NCBI GenBank assembly: GCA_963836085.1
Contig: CAWIHT010000012.1
Location: 77,449-141,448, forward strand
Direction of reading: 5' to 3'
DNA from: an uncultured Actinomycetota bacterium
Lineage (GTDB): Bacteria; Actinomycetota; Acidimicrobiia; Spongiisociales; UBA5794
DNA length: 64,000 nucleotides
The notes beneath the pieces are model-generated. The model searched no databases and had not been told where the DNA came from. It saw only the letters and a program-made list of their open reading frames with translations. Positions 9,294-18,754 of the stretch are shown here, piece after piece. The first letter of the stretch is position 1; the number at the start of each line of letters is the position of its first letter. A program made the position numbers and the translations under genes.

Positions 9294-9974
9294 GTGTCGC
9301 TGACCGGTCCCGATCCTGTGGCGGTGGAGCCGTCAGGGCCGGGACGCGTAGCCGTGCTTGCTGCGAAGGTCCCTCCCGAGGCGATCGCCGCGATCACAGG
9401 GGTCGGGATCGGAGTCGTCATCGTGTTGGGCATCGTGCAGCGGGTCGCACTCCCGGAATGGGGTTTCGCGAACCTCGACTCGGAAGCATCATTCGCGACG
9501 GTGTTCTCGTCGACTCTGCTGTGGGCCGTCGCCTTCTGGTGGTTCCTCGTCGCCGTGACGAGCCGACCCCGTTCGCTCGCACTCTGGATCTGGTGGCCGG
9601 TTCTGGCATGGCTGGCCCTCGACGAGGGCAGTGCCATCCATGAGCGCGTGGAGCGGTGGTCGGGGATCGATTGGCAGATTCTCTACGTGCCGGTGATGGC
9701 CCTGGCGGTCGTGGCATGGTGGGGTGTGCTCCGCCGGTATCGAGATCAAGCGCCCATCGCGGTACCGCTCATTGTCGTTGCGGTGGCCTGGTTCATCGCG
9801 TTGGCCCTTGAACTCGTTCAGAACTGGGGCGGAGCACCGATACAGTCCTCGATCTACGACCCGACCATGATCCTCGAGGAAGCGCTCGAGATGGTGGGAG
9901 GCACGGCGCTCCTCGTTGCTGCGGCCTCGGCGCTCCGTCGGGCGGTTCAGACAGTGCCGCACGGCACAGAGTGA
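9294..9974 (+). CDS. Hypothetical integral membrane protein
   Basis: About 6 predicted TM segments, Trp-rich. No family recognised. Confidence 0.5.
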   Translation: MSLTGPDPVAVEPSGPGRVAVLAAKVPPEAIAAITGVGIGVVIVLGIVQRVALPEWGFANLDSEASFATVFSSTLLWAVAFWWFLVAVTSRPRSLALWIWWPVLAWLALDEGSAIHERVERWSGIDWQILYVPVMALAVVAWWGVLRRYRDQAPIAVPLIVVAVAWFIALALELVQNWGGAPIQSSIYDPTMILEEALEMVGGTALLVAAASALRRAVQTVPHGTE

Positions 9975-10131
9975 CCGCGGTCACGCACGGGTTGGCGGTG
10001 TTCGCCAAGCGCGAGCACCAGACCGAGGCTGAAGAGGCTCGGGCGCACACCCACAGCGCACAGAGAAGCCCGCCCCCACGGACGAGGGGGCGGGCTTCTC
10101 CGCTCGGTTGACTTGTCGCTCGACTGCTGCG

Positions 10132-11133
10132 CTACTCGGCGAGCGCTCCACAGATCTTGTCGGTAATGAGGGCCGCCACCGTGTACGGATCGGCATTGGC
10201 GTTCGGGCGGCGATCTTCGATATAGCCTTTGCCCTCTTTGGCGGTCTGCCACGGAATCCGCACCGATGCGCCACGATCCGAAACGCCGTATGAGTACTCG
10301 GTCCACGGTGCAGTCTCATGGAGACCGGTCAAGCGGCGCTCAATGCCCGCTCCGTATACCTTGATGTGTTCCTCCGGATTGACCGCAAGTGCTTCGCACG
10401 CCGCAATGATCGGTTCGTACGACTCTCGCATGGCCGTCGTCGAGAAGTTCGTGTGCATCCCCGCACCGTTCCAGTCGCCGTCGACCGGCTTCGGGTTGAG
10501 ATGGGCAGAGATGTCGTAGTCCTCGGCGATGCGGTAGAGCAGCCAGCGAGCCATCCAGAGATGGTCACCGACCTCGACTGGACCGAGGGGTCCGATCTGG
10601 AACTCCCACTGACCGATCATCACCTCGGCGTTGGTGCCGGAGATCTCGAGTCCAGCCGCCATGCACGCCTCGGTATGGTCCTCGACCACGTCGCGTCCCC
10701 AGATCTCATCCGCGCCGACGCCGCAGTAGTAGCCGCCCTGAGGGGCTGGATATCCGCCGACCGGCCAGCCGTGCGGACGGCCATCCTTGAAGAACGTGTA
10801 CTCCTGTTCGAGACCGAACCACGGGTCCTGGTCTCCGTACTTCTCGAGCGCAGCAACTGCGGCAGCCCGCGTGTTCGAGGGGTGTGGCTCCATGTCTGGG
10901 GTCAACACCTCGCACAGCACGAGGACGTCGTCTCCGCCGCGAATCGGATCAGGACAGACAAAGACCGGGTTCAGTACGCAGTCGGAGAGGTTCCCGGGAG
11001 CCTGCTCGGTGCTCGATCCGTCAAAGCCCCAAACCGGCAGTTCTTCGCCTGACGGCACGATCTTGGTCTTCGACCGCAGCTTCGATGTCGGCTTCTGACC
11101 GTCGATCCAGATGTATTCAGCTCGATACGCCAT
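10132..11133 (-). CDS. glnII: Glutamine synthetase type II (GSII)
   Basis: MAYRAEYIWIDG N-terminus and about 333 aa length are characteristic of eukaryote-like GSII. GGAGGAA Shine-Dalgarno upstream. Confidence 0.92.
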   Translation of the reverse strand: MAYRAEYIWIDGQKPTSKLRSKTKIVPSGEELPVWGFDGSSTEQAPGNLSDCVLNPVFVCPDPIRGGDDVLVLCEVLTPDMEPHPSNTRAAAVAALEKYGDQDPWFGLEQEYTFFKDGRPHGWPVGGYPAPQGGYYCGVGADEIWGRDVVEDHTEACMAAGLEISGTNAEVMIGQWEFQIGPLGPVEVGDHLWMARWLLYRIAEDYDISAHLNPKPVDGDWNGAGMHTNFSTTAMRESYEPIIAACEALAVNPEEHIKVYGAGIERRLTGLHETAPWTEYSYGVSDRGASVRIPWQTAKEGKGYIEDRRPNANADPYTVAALITDKICGALAE

Positions 11134-11227
11134 TGGTTCCTCCGATGTCCGTTTGGTGTATTCGACGAGACAGGCGTGCTTCGCCGAACACGTTGTGTGA
11201 AGGATGCCCGGGAGTCATTGCCCGCCG

Positions 11228-11254
11228 GTAACCGCTGTGTGAACGCTGTGTTAC
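11228..11254. promoter_or_regulatory. Direct-repeat GTnAC/GAAC half-sites (GlnR-box-like) in the glnII/glnA2 divergent intergenic region
   Basis: gtaacCGCTGTGtgaacGCTGTgttac. An additional TTGTGTGAAG copy sits at about 11190..11204. Confidence 0.3.
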
Positions 11255-11322
11255 GAGACGATCGAGGGCTGGCGCCACAGCAGGAACGCCGTACGATGGT
11301 GGTTCTTGGAGGCCACACACTC

Positions 11323-12651
11323 ATGGACAGACAGCACGAATATGTCCTCAGGACGGTTGAAGAACGGGGGATCCGATTCATCCGCCTCTGGTTCACCGAC
11401 GTCCTTGGGTTCTTGAAGTCGTTCGCGATCACACCCGCGGAACTCGAAGTCGCGCTCGAAGACGGCCTGAGCTTCGACGGGTCGTCGATCGACGGCTTCT
11501 CCCGCACCTATGAAGCCGACATGCTGGCCCGACCGGATCCAACGACATTCCAGATCCTTCCTTGGAAGTCGGGGAATGACGGCGTGGCGCGCATGTTCTG
11601 CGACATCGTAACGCCCGACGGCGAGCCCTTCGAAGGCGACCCGCGTCACGTGCTGCGGCGGACGATGAAACGGGCCGCCGACCTCGGCTACACCTTCTAT
11701 GTCGCTCCGGAAATCGAATACTTCTACTTCGCCGACTCGGGTCCCGAACCACAGGTGCTCGACCGTGGTGGCTACTTCGACCTCACGCCACTCGACGTTG
11801 CACAGGAATACCGACGCTCCACGATCGTTGCGCTCGAGGAACTCGGCATTCCGGTGGAGTTCTCGCACCACGAGGTGTCTCCGTCACAGCACGAACTCGA
11901 CCTCCGGCACACCGATGCACTCACGATGGCCGACAGCATCATGACCACTCGCCTCGTCGTGAAGGAAGTCGCGATGGAGCAGGGCATCTACGCTACGTTC
12001 ATGCCCAAGCCCCTCGCCGAGTTCGACGGGTCGGGACTCCACCTCCATCTGTCGCTATTCGAGGGTGAGACCAACTCGTTCTACGAGGAAGGTGCCGAGT
12101 ACGGCCTGTCGAAGGTCGCCCACGGATTCATTGCCGGGCTGTTGCGCCATGCCAACGAGATCACAGCGGTCACGAATCAGTGGGTGAACTCGTACAAGCG
12201 CCTCGTCGGTGGCTTCGACGCCCCCGTGTTCGAGACGTGGGCACGCAACGACCAGACGGCCCTCGTGCGGGTCCCGGCTGCGAAGCGAGGCAAGGTCGAC
12301 TCGACGCGGATTGAGTACCGCTCGCCGGATCCCGCAACGAATCCGTATCTTGCGTTCTCGGTCATCCTTGCCGCGGGTCTCGATGGGATCGAGAACGACT
12401 ACGAACTGCCGGACGAGATGGGCCACGATGTCCTTGGGATGTCGCCAGAGCAGTTGAAGGGATCCGGTATCGAACGGCTTCCGTCGAACCTCAACTCCGC
12501 CCTCCACGTCATGGAGGAATCCGAGTTGGTCCGTTCGACACTCGGCGAGCACGTATTCGAGTGGTTCATCAAGAACAAGCGTCGCGAGTGGTCGCGCTAT
12601 GAACAACACGTGTCTCGCTACGAACTCTCCGAGTACCTCCCCGTTCTCTGA
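11323..12651 (+). CDS. glnA: Glutamine synthetase type I (GlnA2-like)
   Basis: MDRQHEYVLRTVEERGIRFIRLWFTDVLGFLKSF closely matches the actinobacterial GlnA2 N-terminus. Full GSI catalytic domain, 443 aa. GGAGG lies 10 nt upstream of the ATG at 11323. Confidence 0.9.
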   Translation: MDRQHEYVLRTVEERGIRFIRLWFTDVLGFLKSFAITPAELEVALEDGLSFDGSSIDGFSRTYEADMLARPDPTTFQILPWKSGNDGVARMFCDIVTPDGEPFEGDPRHVLRRTMKRAADLGYTFYVAPEIEYFYFADSGPEPQVLDRGGYFDLTPLDVAQEYRRSTIVALEELGIPVEFSHHEVSPSQHELDLRHTDALTMADSIMTTRLVVKEVAMEQGIYATFMPKPLAEFDGSGLHLHLSLFEGETNSFYEEGAEYGLSKVAHGFIAGLLRHANEITAVTNQWVNSYKRLVGGFDAPVFETWARNDQTALVRVPAAKRGKVDSTRIEYRSPDPATNPYLAFSVILAAGLDGIENDYELPDEMGHDVLGMSPEQLKGSGIERLPSNLNSALHVMEESELVRSTLGEHVFEWFIKNKRREWSRYEQHVSRYELSEYLPVL

Positions 12652-13301
12652 TGTTCGTCGCGGTCTTCCCTCCCACGCCGTCGGCTGCCCTCACCGGGGC
12701 GCTGATCTCGACCGGGTACAGCCCGGTCCCGATTGCGGACGTCGCTGAGGCTGGCCGCCGCGAACCCGAGCAGGGCTGGTCCGCAGCCGTCGTCGAACTC
12801 GCGGACGATGCCGGTTTGGCCGTGATCGTGGCTCGCAAGCTCAGGGAGGAGTACGGCATCCCGGTCCTCCTCGTCGTCGATCGCACGCTGACTGCCGACC
12901 TCAGCGACCATGAGGGTTTCGACGACTTCGTTCTCACACCGGTAGATCAGAGCGAGCTGGCGGTGCGCCTCGGCCGCCTCGATCGCGTCGAGGCGGTTGA
13001 GTACAGCGATCCGATCCTCCACCACGAAGACCTCGAACTGAACACAGCGACCTACCAGGCAACCATCGGAGGCAGGCCGCGCGACCTCACCTTCATGGAG
13101 TACGAACTCCTCCGCTTCTTCGTGGAGCACCCGCACCGAGTGTGGTCACGGGAGCAGATCCTTTCGAAGGTCTGGGGCTATGACTACTACGGCGGTTCGC
13201 GCACCGTCGACGTTCACGTCCGCCGCCTCCACGCGAAGCTCGGCGAAGAGCGATCCTCCTGGATCGCCACGGTGAGAAGCGTCGGCTACCGGTTCGGGTA
13301 G
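12651..13301 (+). CDS. glnR: OmpR-family orphan response regulator GlnR (global nitrogen regulator)
   Basis: C-terminus [53 protein letters not shown]...VRSVGYRF is near-identical in pattern to Streptomyces/Mycobacterium GlnR. The start ATG overlaps the glnA2 stop (ATGA). Confidence 0.85.
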   Translation: [216 protein letters not shown]

Positions 13302-13309
13302 GGACCGGG

Positions 13310-14872
13310 CTATCCGAATTCGATGCCTTGGGCGAGGGGCAACTCGCCGGACCAGTTGATCGTGACGGTCTGGCGCCGCATATAGGCCTTCCAGGCATCC
13401 GAACCGGATTCGCGTCCGCCGCCGGTCTCCTTCTCACCTCCGAAGGCACCGCCGATCTCCGCACCAGAGGTTCCGATGTTGATGTTCGCAATGCCGCAGT
13501 CGGACCCGGCCGCAGACAGGAACGTCTCGCCGGAACTCACCGAATCGGTGAAGATCGCAGACGACAACCCTTGGGTGACACCGTTGTTGATCTGGATGGC
13601 CTCGTCGACGGTGTCGAACTCGACGAGGTAGAGGATCGGGGCGAAAGTCTCGATCTGCAGGATCGGAGCGTCGAGCGGCATCTTGATGATGGTGGGCTCC
13701 ACGAAGTAGCCGGGACCGTCGATCACGCCGCCGCCGCACAGCAATTCGCCGCCCTGCTCCTGAGCAATACCGACCGCAGCGGAGAAGTTCGAGACGGCCA
13801 TGGCGTCGACGAGGGGACCCATGAGGTTCGCGTCGTCGAGCGGATCACCAATCTGGATCGTGGCGTAGGCGGAGACCAGACGCCGGGCGATCTCATCCGA
13901 GACACCGCGCTGGACGATGAGGCGCCGCAGCGACGTGCACCGTTGGCCGGCGGTCCCGACGGCGGCGAAGACCGCAGCCCGGGTCGCCAGGTCGATGTCC
14001 GCGTCGTTCATCACAACCATCGCGTTGTTGCCGCCGAGTTCGAGGAGGGAACGACCAAGGCGCTTCGCGACGGCTGTGCCGACCTTCTCCCCCATTCCGC
14101 ACGACCCGGTGGCCGACACGAGCGGAACCCGACGGTCATTGATCATGACGTCCCCGACCTCGGCGCCGGAGCCGACCACGAGGTTGAAGACGCCTTCGAA
14201 ACCAGATCCCTCCATTGCCCTGGCCGCGAGCTTGTTCGTCGCAACGGCCGTGAGCGGGGTCTTGGACGACGGCTTCCAGATCATCGTGTCACCGCACACG
14301 GCGGCAATCATCGAGTTCCAGGACCACACCGCAACCGGGAAGTTGAAGGAGGTGATGACACCGACCGGACCGAGCGGATGCCATTGCTCGTACATGCGGT
14401 GGCGTGGACGCTCTGAAGCGATGGTCAGACCGTAGAGCTGACGCGACAGGCCGACCGCGAAGTCGGTGATGTCGATCATCTCCTGGACTTCTCCCTCGCC
14501 CTCGGCCCTGATCTTGCCCATCTCGAGAGCGACAAGCGCTCCGAGGGGTTTCTGGTATTCGCGAAGCAGATCGCCGATGACGCGCACATACTTGCCCCGC
14601 TCGGGGGCAGGGAGCATCCGCCACTCGGTGAAGGTGTCGGCCGCTGAGGCAACGACCTTCTCGTAGTCGTCGCCATCGGCCCGCTTCACGGCCCCGATTC
14701 GCTCGCCGGTGGCCGGATTCTCGACCTCGAGCTCGGTGCCGCCGGTCTCGAGCCACTCACCGGCATACGCGCCGGAACTGACATCGTCCAGATCGAGGGC
14801 GGAGAAGATTGCGTCGCGGTTCACGGTCGGACCTCCTAGCGGGGATGTTCGATAGGTGAACGGTAGTCCCAA
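13310..14872 (-). CDS. Aldehyde dehydrogenase, ALDH7 family (piperideine-6-carboxylate / alpha-aminoadipic semialdehyde dehydrogenase-like)
   Basis: Catalytic Cys region and C-terminal GGEKETGGGRESGSDAWKAYMRRQT characteristic of ALDH7. Start may be the GTG at 14824. Confidence 0.85.
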   Translation of the reverse strand: MGLPFTYRTSPLGGPTVNRDAIFSALDLDDVSSGAYAGEWLETGGTELEVENPATGERIGAVKRADGDDYEKVVASAADTFTEWRMLPAPERGKYVRVIGDLLREYQKPLGALVALEMGKIRAEGEGEVQEMIDITDFAVGLSRQLYGLTIASERPRHRMYEQWHPLGPVGVITSFNFPVAVWSWNSMIAAVCGDTMIWKPSSKTPLTAVATNKLAARAMEGSGFEGVFNLVVGSGAEVGDVMINDRRVPLVSATGSCGMGEKVGTAVAKRLGRSLLELGGNNAMVVMNDADIDLATRAAVFAAVGTAGQRCTSLRRLIVQRGVSDEIARRLVSAYATIQIGDPLDDANLMGPLVDAMAVSNFSAAVGIAQEQGGELLCGGGVIDGPGYFVEPTIIKMPLDAPILQIETFAPILYLVEFDTVDEAIQINNGVTQGLSSAIFTDSVSSGETFLSAAGSDCGIANINIGTSGAEIGGAFGGEKETGGGRESGSDAWKAYMRRQTVTINWSGELPLAQGIEFG

Positions 14873-14904
14873 TCAGGCATCCGCCCGTCGAGAGACAGAC
14901 CCCG

Positions 14905-15285
14905 CTAGCGCGCTGCGATCGTCTCGATCTCCACGATGAACCCGCCGGGGAGGGCAGACACTTCGACGGTTGCACGCGCCGGCTTCGCCTCGCCGACGAA
15001 TGAGCCGTAGATCTCGTTGACTTTCGGAAAGTTGCCCATGTCGGTGACGAAGATGGTGGTCTTGACGATGTCGTCGTAGCCGAGACCCACATCCGCGAGG
15101 ACGGCGCCGATGTTGCGCATGACCTGCTCGGTCTGTGGCTCTACCCCACCAGGAACAGCCTTGCCCGTGGCAGGATCGACCGCGATCATCCCGGAGATGA
15201 AGACGAGTCCGCTCGCCTCGGTGGCAACGCTGTATGGGCCGAGCGGAGTCGGACCGCTTGGGGTATCGAGGATCTTCTTCGGCAT
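14905..15285 (-). CDS. ridA: RidA family protein (reactive enamine/imine deaminase, YjgF/TdcF)
   Basis: 126 aa, PxGPYS...VFVSG...TTIFV pattern. Confidence 0.9.
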   Translation of the reverse strand: MPKKILDTPSGPTPLGPYSVATEASGLVFISGMIAVDPATGKAVPGGVEPQTEQVMRNIGAVLADVGLGYDDIVKTTIFVTDMGNFPKVNEIYGSFVGEAKPARATVEVSALPGGFIVEIETIAAR

Positions 15286-15327
15286 GGAACCTCCCGATTC
15301 ATTCGGGCGGCAGTCTACGGAACCCGT

Positions 15328-15669
15328 CTAGCCGCGTTTTCCGCAGGTACAGGAGTGACCGGTCTCGTTTGGATTGTCGATCGCGAATCCGGAGCCATCG
15401 GTCCCCTCGTCGCGGAAGTCGACCGTGGCGCCGGACAGACGTTCCAAGCTCTCCTCGTCGATCACGACCTTGAACGCGCCGGCATCGACGACCGAATCGG
15501 TCTCCGAGACAGCGGCATCGAAGAACATGTCATAGCGGTATCCCGAACAGCCACCGGGACGAGCCCCGAGCCGGAGGGCAAGACCCTCTTCATGCTCGTC
15601 GGCAAGCAGTTCTCGAACCTTCTCGGCCGCTGCATCGGTAAGGGCCACCGGGGTCATATCAAGCGTCAT
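15328..15669 (-). CDS. erpA: Iron-sulfur cluster insertion protein (ErpA/IscA/HesB A-type carrier)
   Basis: C-terminal GHSCTCG A-type carrier cysteines. Start taken at MTLDMTPV. Confidence 0.85.
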   Translation of the reverse strand: MTLDMTPVALTDAAAEKVRELLADEHEEGLALRLGARPGGCSGYRYDMFFDAAVSETDSVVDAGAFKVVIDEESLERLSGATVDFRDEGTDGSGFAIDNPNETGHSCTCGKRG

Positions 15670-15758
15670 TGAACGTTGCCTCCTCCGCACGTCGCTCGGC
15701 GATTCTATCAACTACGGCCGTGTGTGTAATACGAATCTCTCGCGGTAGGATCGAGGGC

Positions 15759-16895
15759 GTGACGACCCGAGACGACATCGAATCCGCCCTCCGCGGAGTG
15801 ATCGACCCTGAACTCAATGCCGACATCGTGGAACTCGGCATGGTGAGCGGCATCGCGGTCGACGAGTCCCACGTCGCCATCGGAATCGCACTGACCATCG
15901 CCGCCTGTCCGATGCGTGACCAGATCGAGACCGACGTCGTCCGCAAGGTCAAGGCCATTCCCGGTATCGAGACCGTCTCAGTCGACGTGACCGCCATGAC
16001 GTCGCGCCAGCGCTCAGACCTCATGGGGACCGTGCGATTGCGCGCCAGGGAGAACGCCACCCCCACGATGATCAGCCCGCAGACGCGCGTCATCGCCGTG
16101 TCGAGCGGGAAAGGGGGCGTCGGGAAGTCCTCGCTGAGCGTCAACCTGGCTCTCGCGATTTCGGCCCTCGGCCACCGGACCGGCCTCCTCGATGCCGACA
16201 TCTGGGGGTTCTCGGTGCCCAGGATGCTGGCTTCCATCGACGAACGACTCGAGGCCGGCGACGACAGGAAGATCCAACCGCTCCAGGCGGCCGGACTCGA
16301 AGTCGTATCGACCGGCCTTCTCCTCGATGACGAGGACACGGCCTTGATGTGGCGTGGGCTGATGCTCTCGAAGGCGCTCGAGCAGTTTCTCACCGACGTG
16401 GCGTGGAGTTCGGACTTGGGCTATCTCGTCATCGACATGCCGCCCGGGACCGGCGATGTCCAGATGGCGCTCTCGCGCATGCTCCCCCAGGCTGAGATGG
16501 TTGTCGTGACCACACCACAGCGTGCGGCGCAGAAGGTGGCGGCCCGAGTCGCCGACATGGCGCGCCGGTCACACATGCCGGTGGTCGGCGTCATCGAGAA
16601 CATGTCGGGGTTCACCACCGAGGACGGCCGTCACTACGAACTCTTTGGCTCCGGCGGCGGCCTTGAACTTTCCGAGGACCTCGGAGTGCCGCTTCTGGGG
16701 CAGATCCCGCTGGACCCGAACGTCGTGAACGGCGGCGACGAGGGACGGCCCGTGGTCACGGCTGACCCGGACGGACCAGCCGGTGCCTCGATCCGGTTGG
16801 TGGCGACGAGGCTCCTCGAACTCGTCCCTCCGGCAGCTGAGGATTCCTGTACGGCGAGGATCGCCGTGCTCGAGGAGCAGATCGCCGCGATGTGA
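15759..16895 (+). CDS. apbC: Mrp/ApbC family Fe-S cluster carrier ATPase with N-terminal DUF59/MIP18 domain
   Basis: AVSSGKGGVGKSSLSVNLA P-loop, CxxC-containing region, N-terminal DUF59-like segment. GTG start at 15759 inferred. Confidence 0.88.
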   Translation: MTTRDDIESALRGVIDPELNADIVELGMVSGIAVDESHVAIGIALTIAACPMRDQIETDVVRKVKAIPGIETVSVDVTAMTSRQRSDLMGTVRLRARENATPTMISPQTRVIAVSSGKGGVGKSSLSVNLALAISALGHRTGLLDADIWGFSVPRMLASIDERLEAGDDRKIQPLQAAGLEVVSTGLLLDDEDTALMWRGLMLSKALEQFLTDVAWSSDLGYLVIDMPPGTGDVQMALSRMLPQAEMVVVTTPQRAAQKVAARVADMARRSHMPVVGVIENMSGFTTEDGRHYELFGSGGGLELSEDLGVPLLGQIPLDPNVVNGGDEGRPVVTADPDGPAGASIRLVATRLLELVPPAAEDSCTARIAVLEEQIAAM

Positions 16896-17025
16896 CCGAA
16901 GTCACCGGTCGCCGTTCGAAACGGCTTCACCGGGTGACCGCAGACGTGCCGCAGAGAACGTTGACCGTCCGGCACGGCTTGGCCCAGCGACCGGCGCCTC
17001 GATACGCCGCGCTACCGTCAAGGGG

Positions 17026-17448
17026 ATGGTCACCAGATTCGCACGCTTCGCCTTGTTGATTCTTGCCATATCGCTGATGGCGGCAGCTTGCAGCGATGAG
17101 TCCCGACCGTCGGTCGCCGAGTGGCAACCGCAGTGGGAGGCCGTGCAAGCCATCATCCCGGCTCCGGACCTCCTCGGTGATCCGCCGGACGCCGAGCTGT
17201 GCAACACCGTCCATGTGGCCGTACGTCTCGAGGCCCCCAAGCTGTTCCCAACGCCGGATCCGACGATCGACGACGCGCTGACGGATTGGACCGAGGTCGC
17301 TCGCGGGATGTTCTTCGAATGTCCGCCCGACGAGCCCAACATGCGCGGCTTCGACCAGGCGTATGCCGAACTCGAACGGTTCGCCGCTGAGATCGATGCA
17401 GTGATCGCGCTCGACCGCCAGGGCCTTGGCGACCCATCTACCGGCTGA
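17026..17448 (+). CDS. Putative lipoprotein
   Basis: Signal peptide with lipobox LMAAAC at the ATG-initiated N-terminus (MVTRFARFALLILAISLMAAACS). Confidence 0.55.
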   Translation: MVTRFARFALLILAISLMAAACSDESRPSVAEWQPQWEAVQAIIPAPDLLGDPPDAELCNTVHVAVRLEAPKLFPTPDPTIDDALTDWTEVARGMFFECPPDEPNMRGFDQAYAELERFAAEIDAVIALDRQGLGDPSTG

Positions 17449-17492
17449 GACGGATCGATCCGGCTCGGAGCCTTCCCCGGCAGCTCAGCGGG

Positions 17493-18113
17493 TCAAGAAC
17501 CCTCGGCCGCACTCATCCGAGCGGCGATGATGCCGGCCTTCCACCCCGGTGCACGCCCACCGGTGGGCGGATCGAGCCGATCGGGGGCGAGTCCGCTCAG
17601 GGCGAGCAGCCACGAGATCACCGAATTCGAGTTCCACATCTCACCGACTCCAGCCTCGTCGCGGCCCCACGTCATCATTGGCACGCGGGAAACAAGTTCG
17701 ACCAGGCGAAGAGCCGTCCTGCGATCGCTGCTCAGCCGCTGTGGACCTCCTTGTGCCTCATCGGCGTCGGCAATGACGCCATCCGCCCAACACCGCACCT
17801 CGTATCGAAACGCTCTGAACCTCGCCAATCGACGGTCGTAGACCGGCCCTTCGCCGACTACCCCTCGCGATGCCGTGTCGGGATTCGGGCTCGGCCATGC
17901 GTTCTCGATGGTGAATCGACGACCCCCGACGTGTACTTCAAGCGCTGTGTGGTAGAGATCGAGTGCCGTCCGCCCCTCGGATCGGGCTTTGACGGCCTCA
18001 TAGATGCGCCCGTTCATCCGAACGAAACCGACACCACCCGCGCCAAGGGGAATCCAGTACAGGTCGACGCTTGCACCGGCAGGCCGGGACGCGGACTCCG
18101 GTTCGACGCTCAC
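17493..18113 (-). CDS. Conserved hypothetical protein
   Basis: 206-aa ORF with coding-like composition (VDLYWIPLGAGG...). No family recognised. Confidence 0.45.
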   Translation of the reverse strand: MSVEPESASRPAGASVDLYWIPLGAGGVGFVRMNGRIYEAVKARSEGRTALDLYHTALEVHVGGRRFTIENAWPSPNPDTASRGVVGEGPVYDRRLARFRAFRYEVRCWADGVIADADEAQGGPQRLSSDRRTALRLVELVSRVPMMTWGRDEAGVGEMWNSNSVISWLLALSGLAPDRLDPPTGGRAPGWKAGIIAARMSAAEGS

Positions 18114-18177
18114 GACACCAGTGTACGTTCAGCAGTGTCATCCGGGCGGAGTGTTGCGTGGCGGGACGGCCTCCACC

Positions 18178-18753
18178 CTACCCAGTGTCTACGGACCGTC
18201 GGCTCCGCCACCACATGACGAACGACACGGCGAGTAGCAGGCTCCCGGCAGCGAACACCGCCCAATCAGGACCCTCCTCGAGACGACGCCCGTCTTCGAT
18301 CGTGGTCAAGGCGGACACGTCGAGATACGTCTCCCCGCCCCGCTCCGGGTCGTGATAGCGCCACACGCCCGTGGCCTGCACGAGCGGCCCCTCCAGGCGA
18401 TACCCGCCGACCGGCGCCAGCCCTTCGCCGAGTGCCGTGGGCATCCGGATGCCGACACCGACGTTGGCCCCTGCTCTCGGTCCACCGTCCACGAGGGCGT
18501 CCCGCGCATAGGAGTCGTCGTTGAGTTGCGTCCACATATACCCGTCGTGCCGGAAGCCGTAGTCACCGACAAGTTCGCCTTCGATCGTGATCTCGTTGCC
18601 GTCGAATCGTTCGCCGTCTACGAGCAGGTCTGAGACCGGCACGACCTGCGCTGCGAAAGCACCCGGTATCCCGAACAGGAGGAGCATCAGCACCGTGAGC
18701 AAGGGGAGAAGGCCGGCCCACGCACGGCGCCTGAGGCGCAGATGCCGCGTCAT
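18178..18753 (-). CDS. Hypothetical secreted/membrane-anchored protein, likely co-transcribed with trkH
   Basis: N-terminal signal/TM, C-terminal TM helix. Start lies 2 nt after the trkH stop. Confidence 0.5.
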   Translation of the reverse strand: MTRHLRLRRRAWAGLLPLLTVLMLLLFGIPGAFAAQVVPVSDLLVDGERFDGNEITIEGELVGDYGFRHDGYMWTQLNDDSYARDALVDGGPRAGANVGVGIRMPTALGEGLAPVGGYRLEGPLVQATGVWRYHDPERGGETYLDVSALTTIEDGRRLEEGPDWAVFAAGSLLLAVSFVMWWRSRRSVDTG

Positions 18754-18754
18754 G

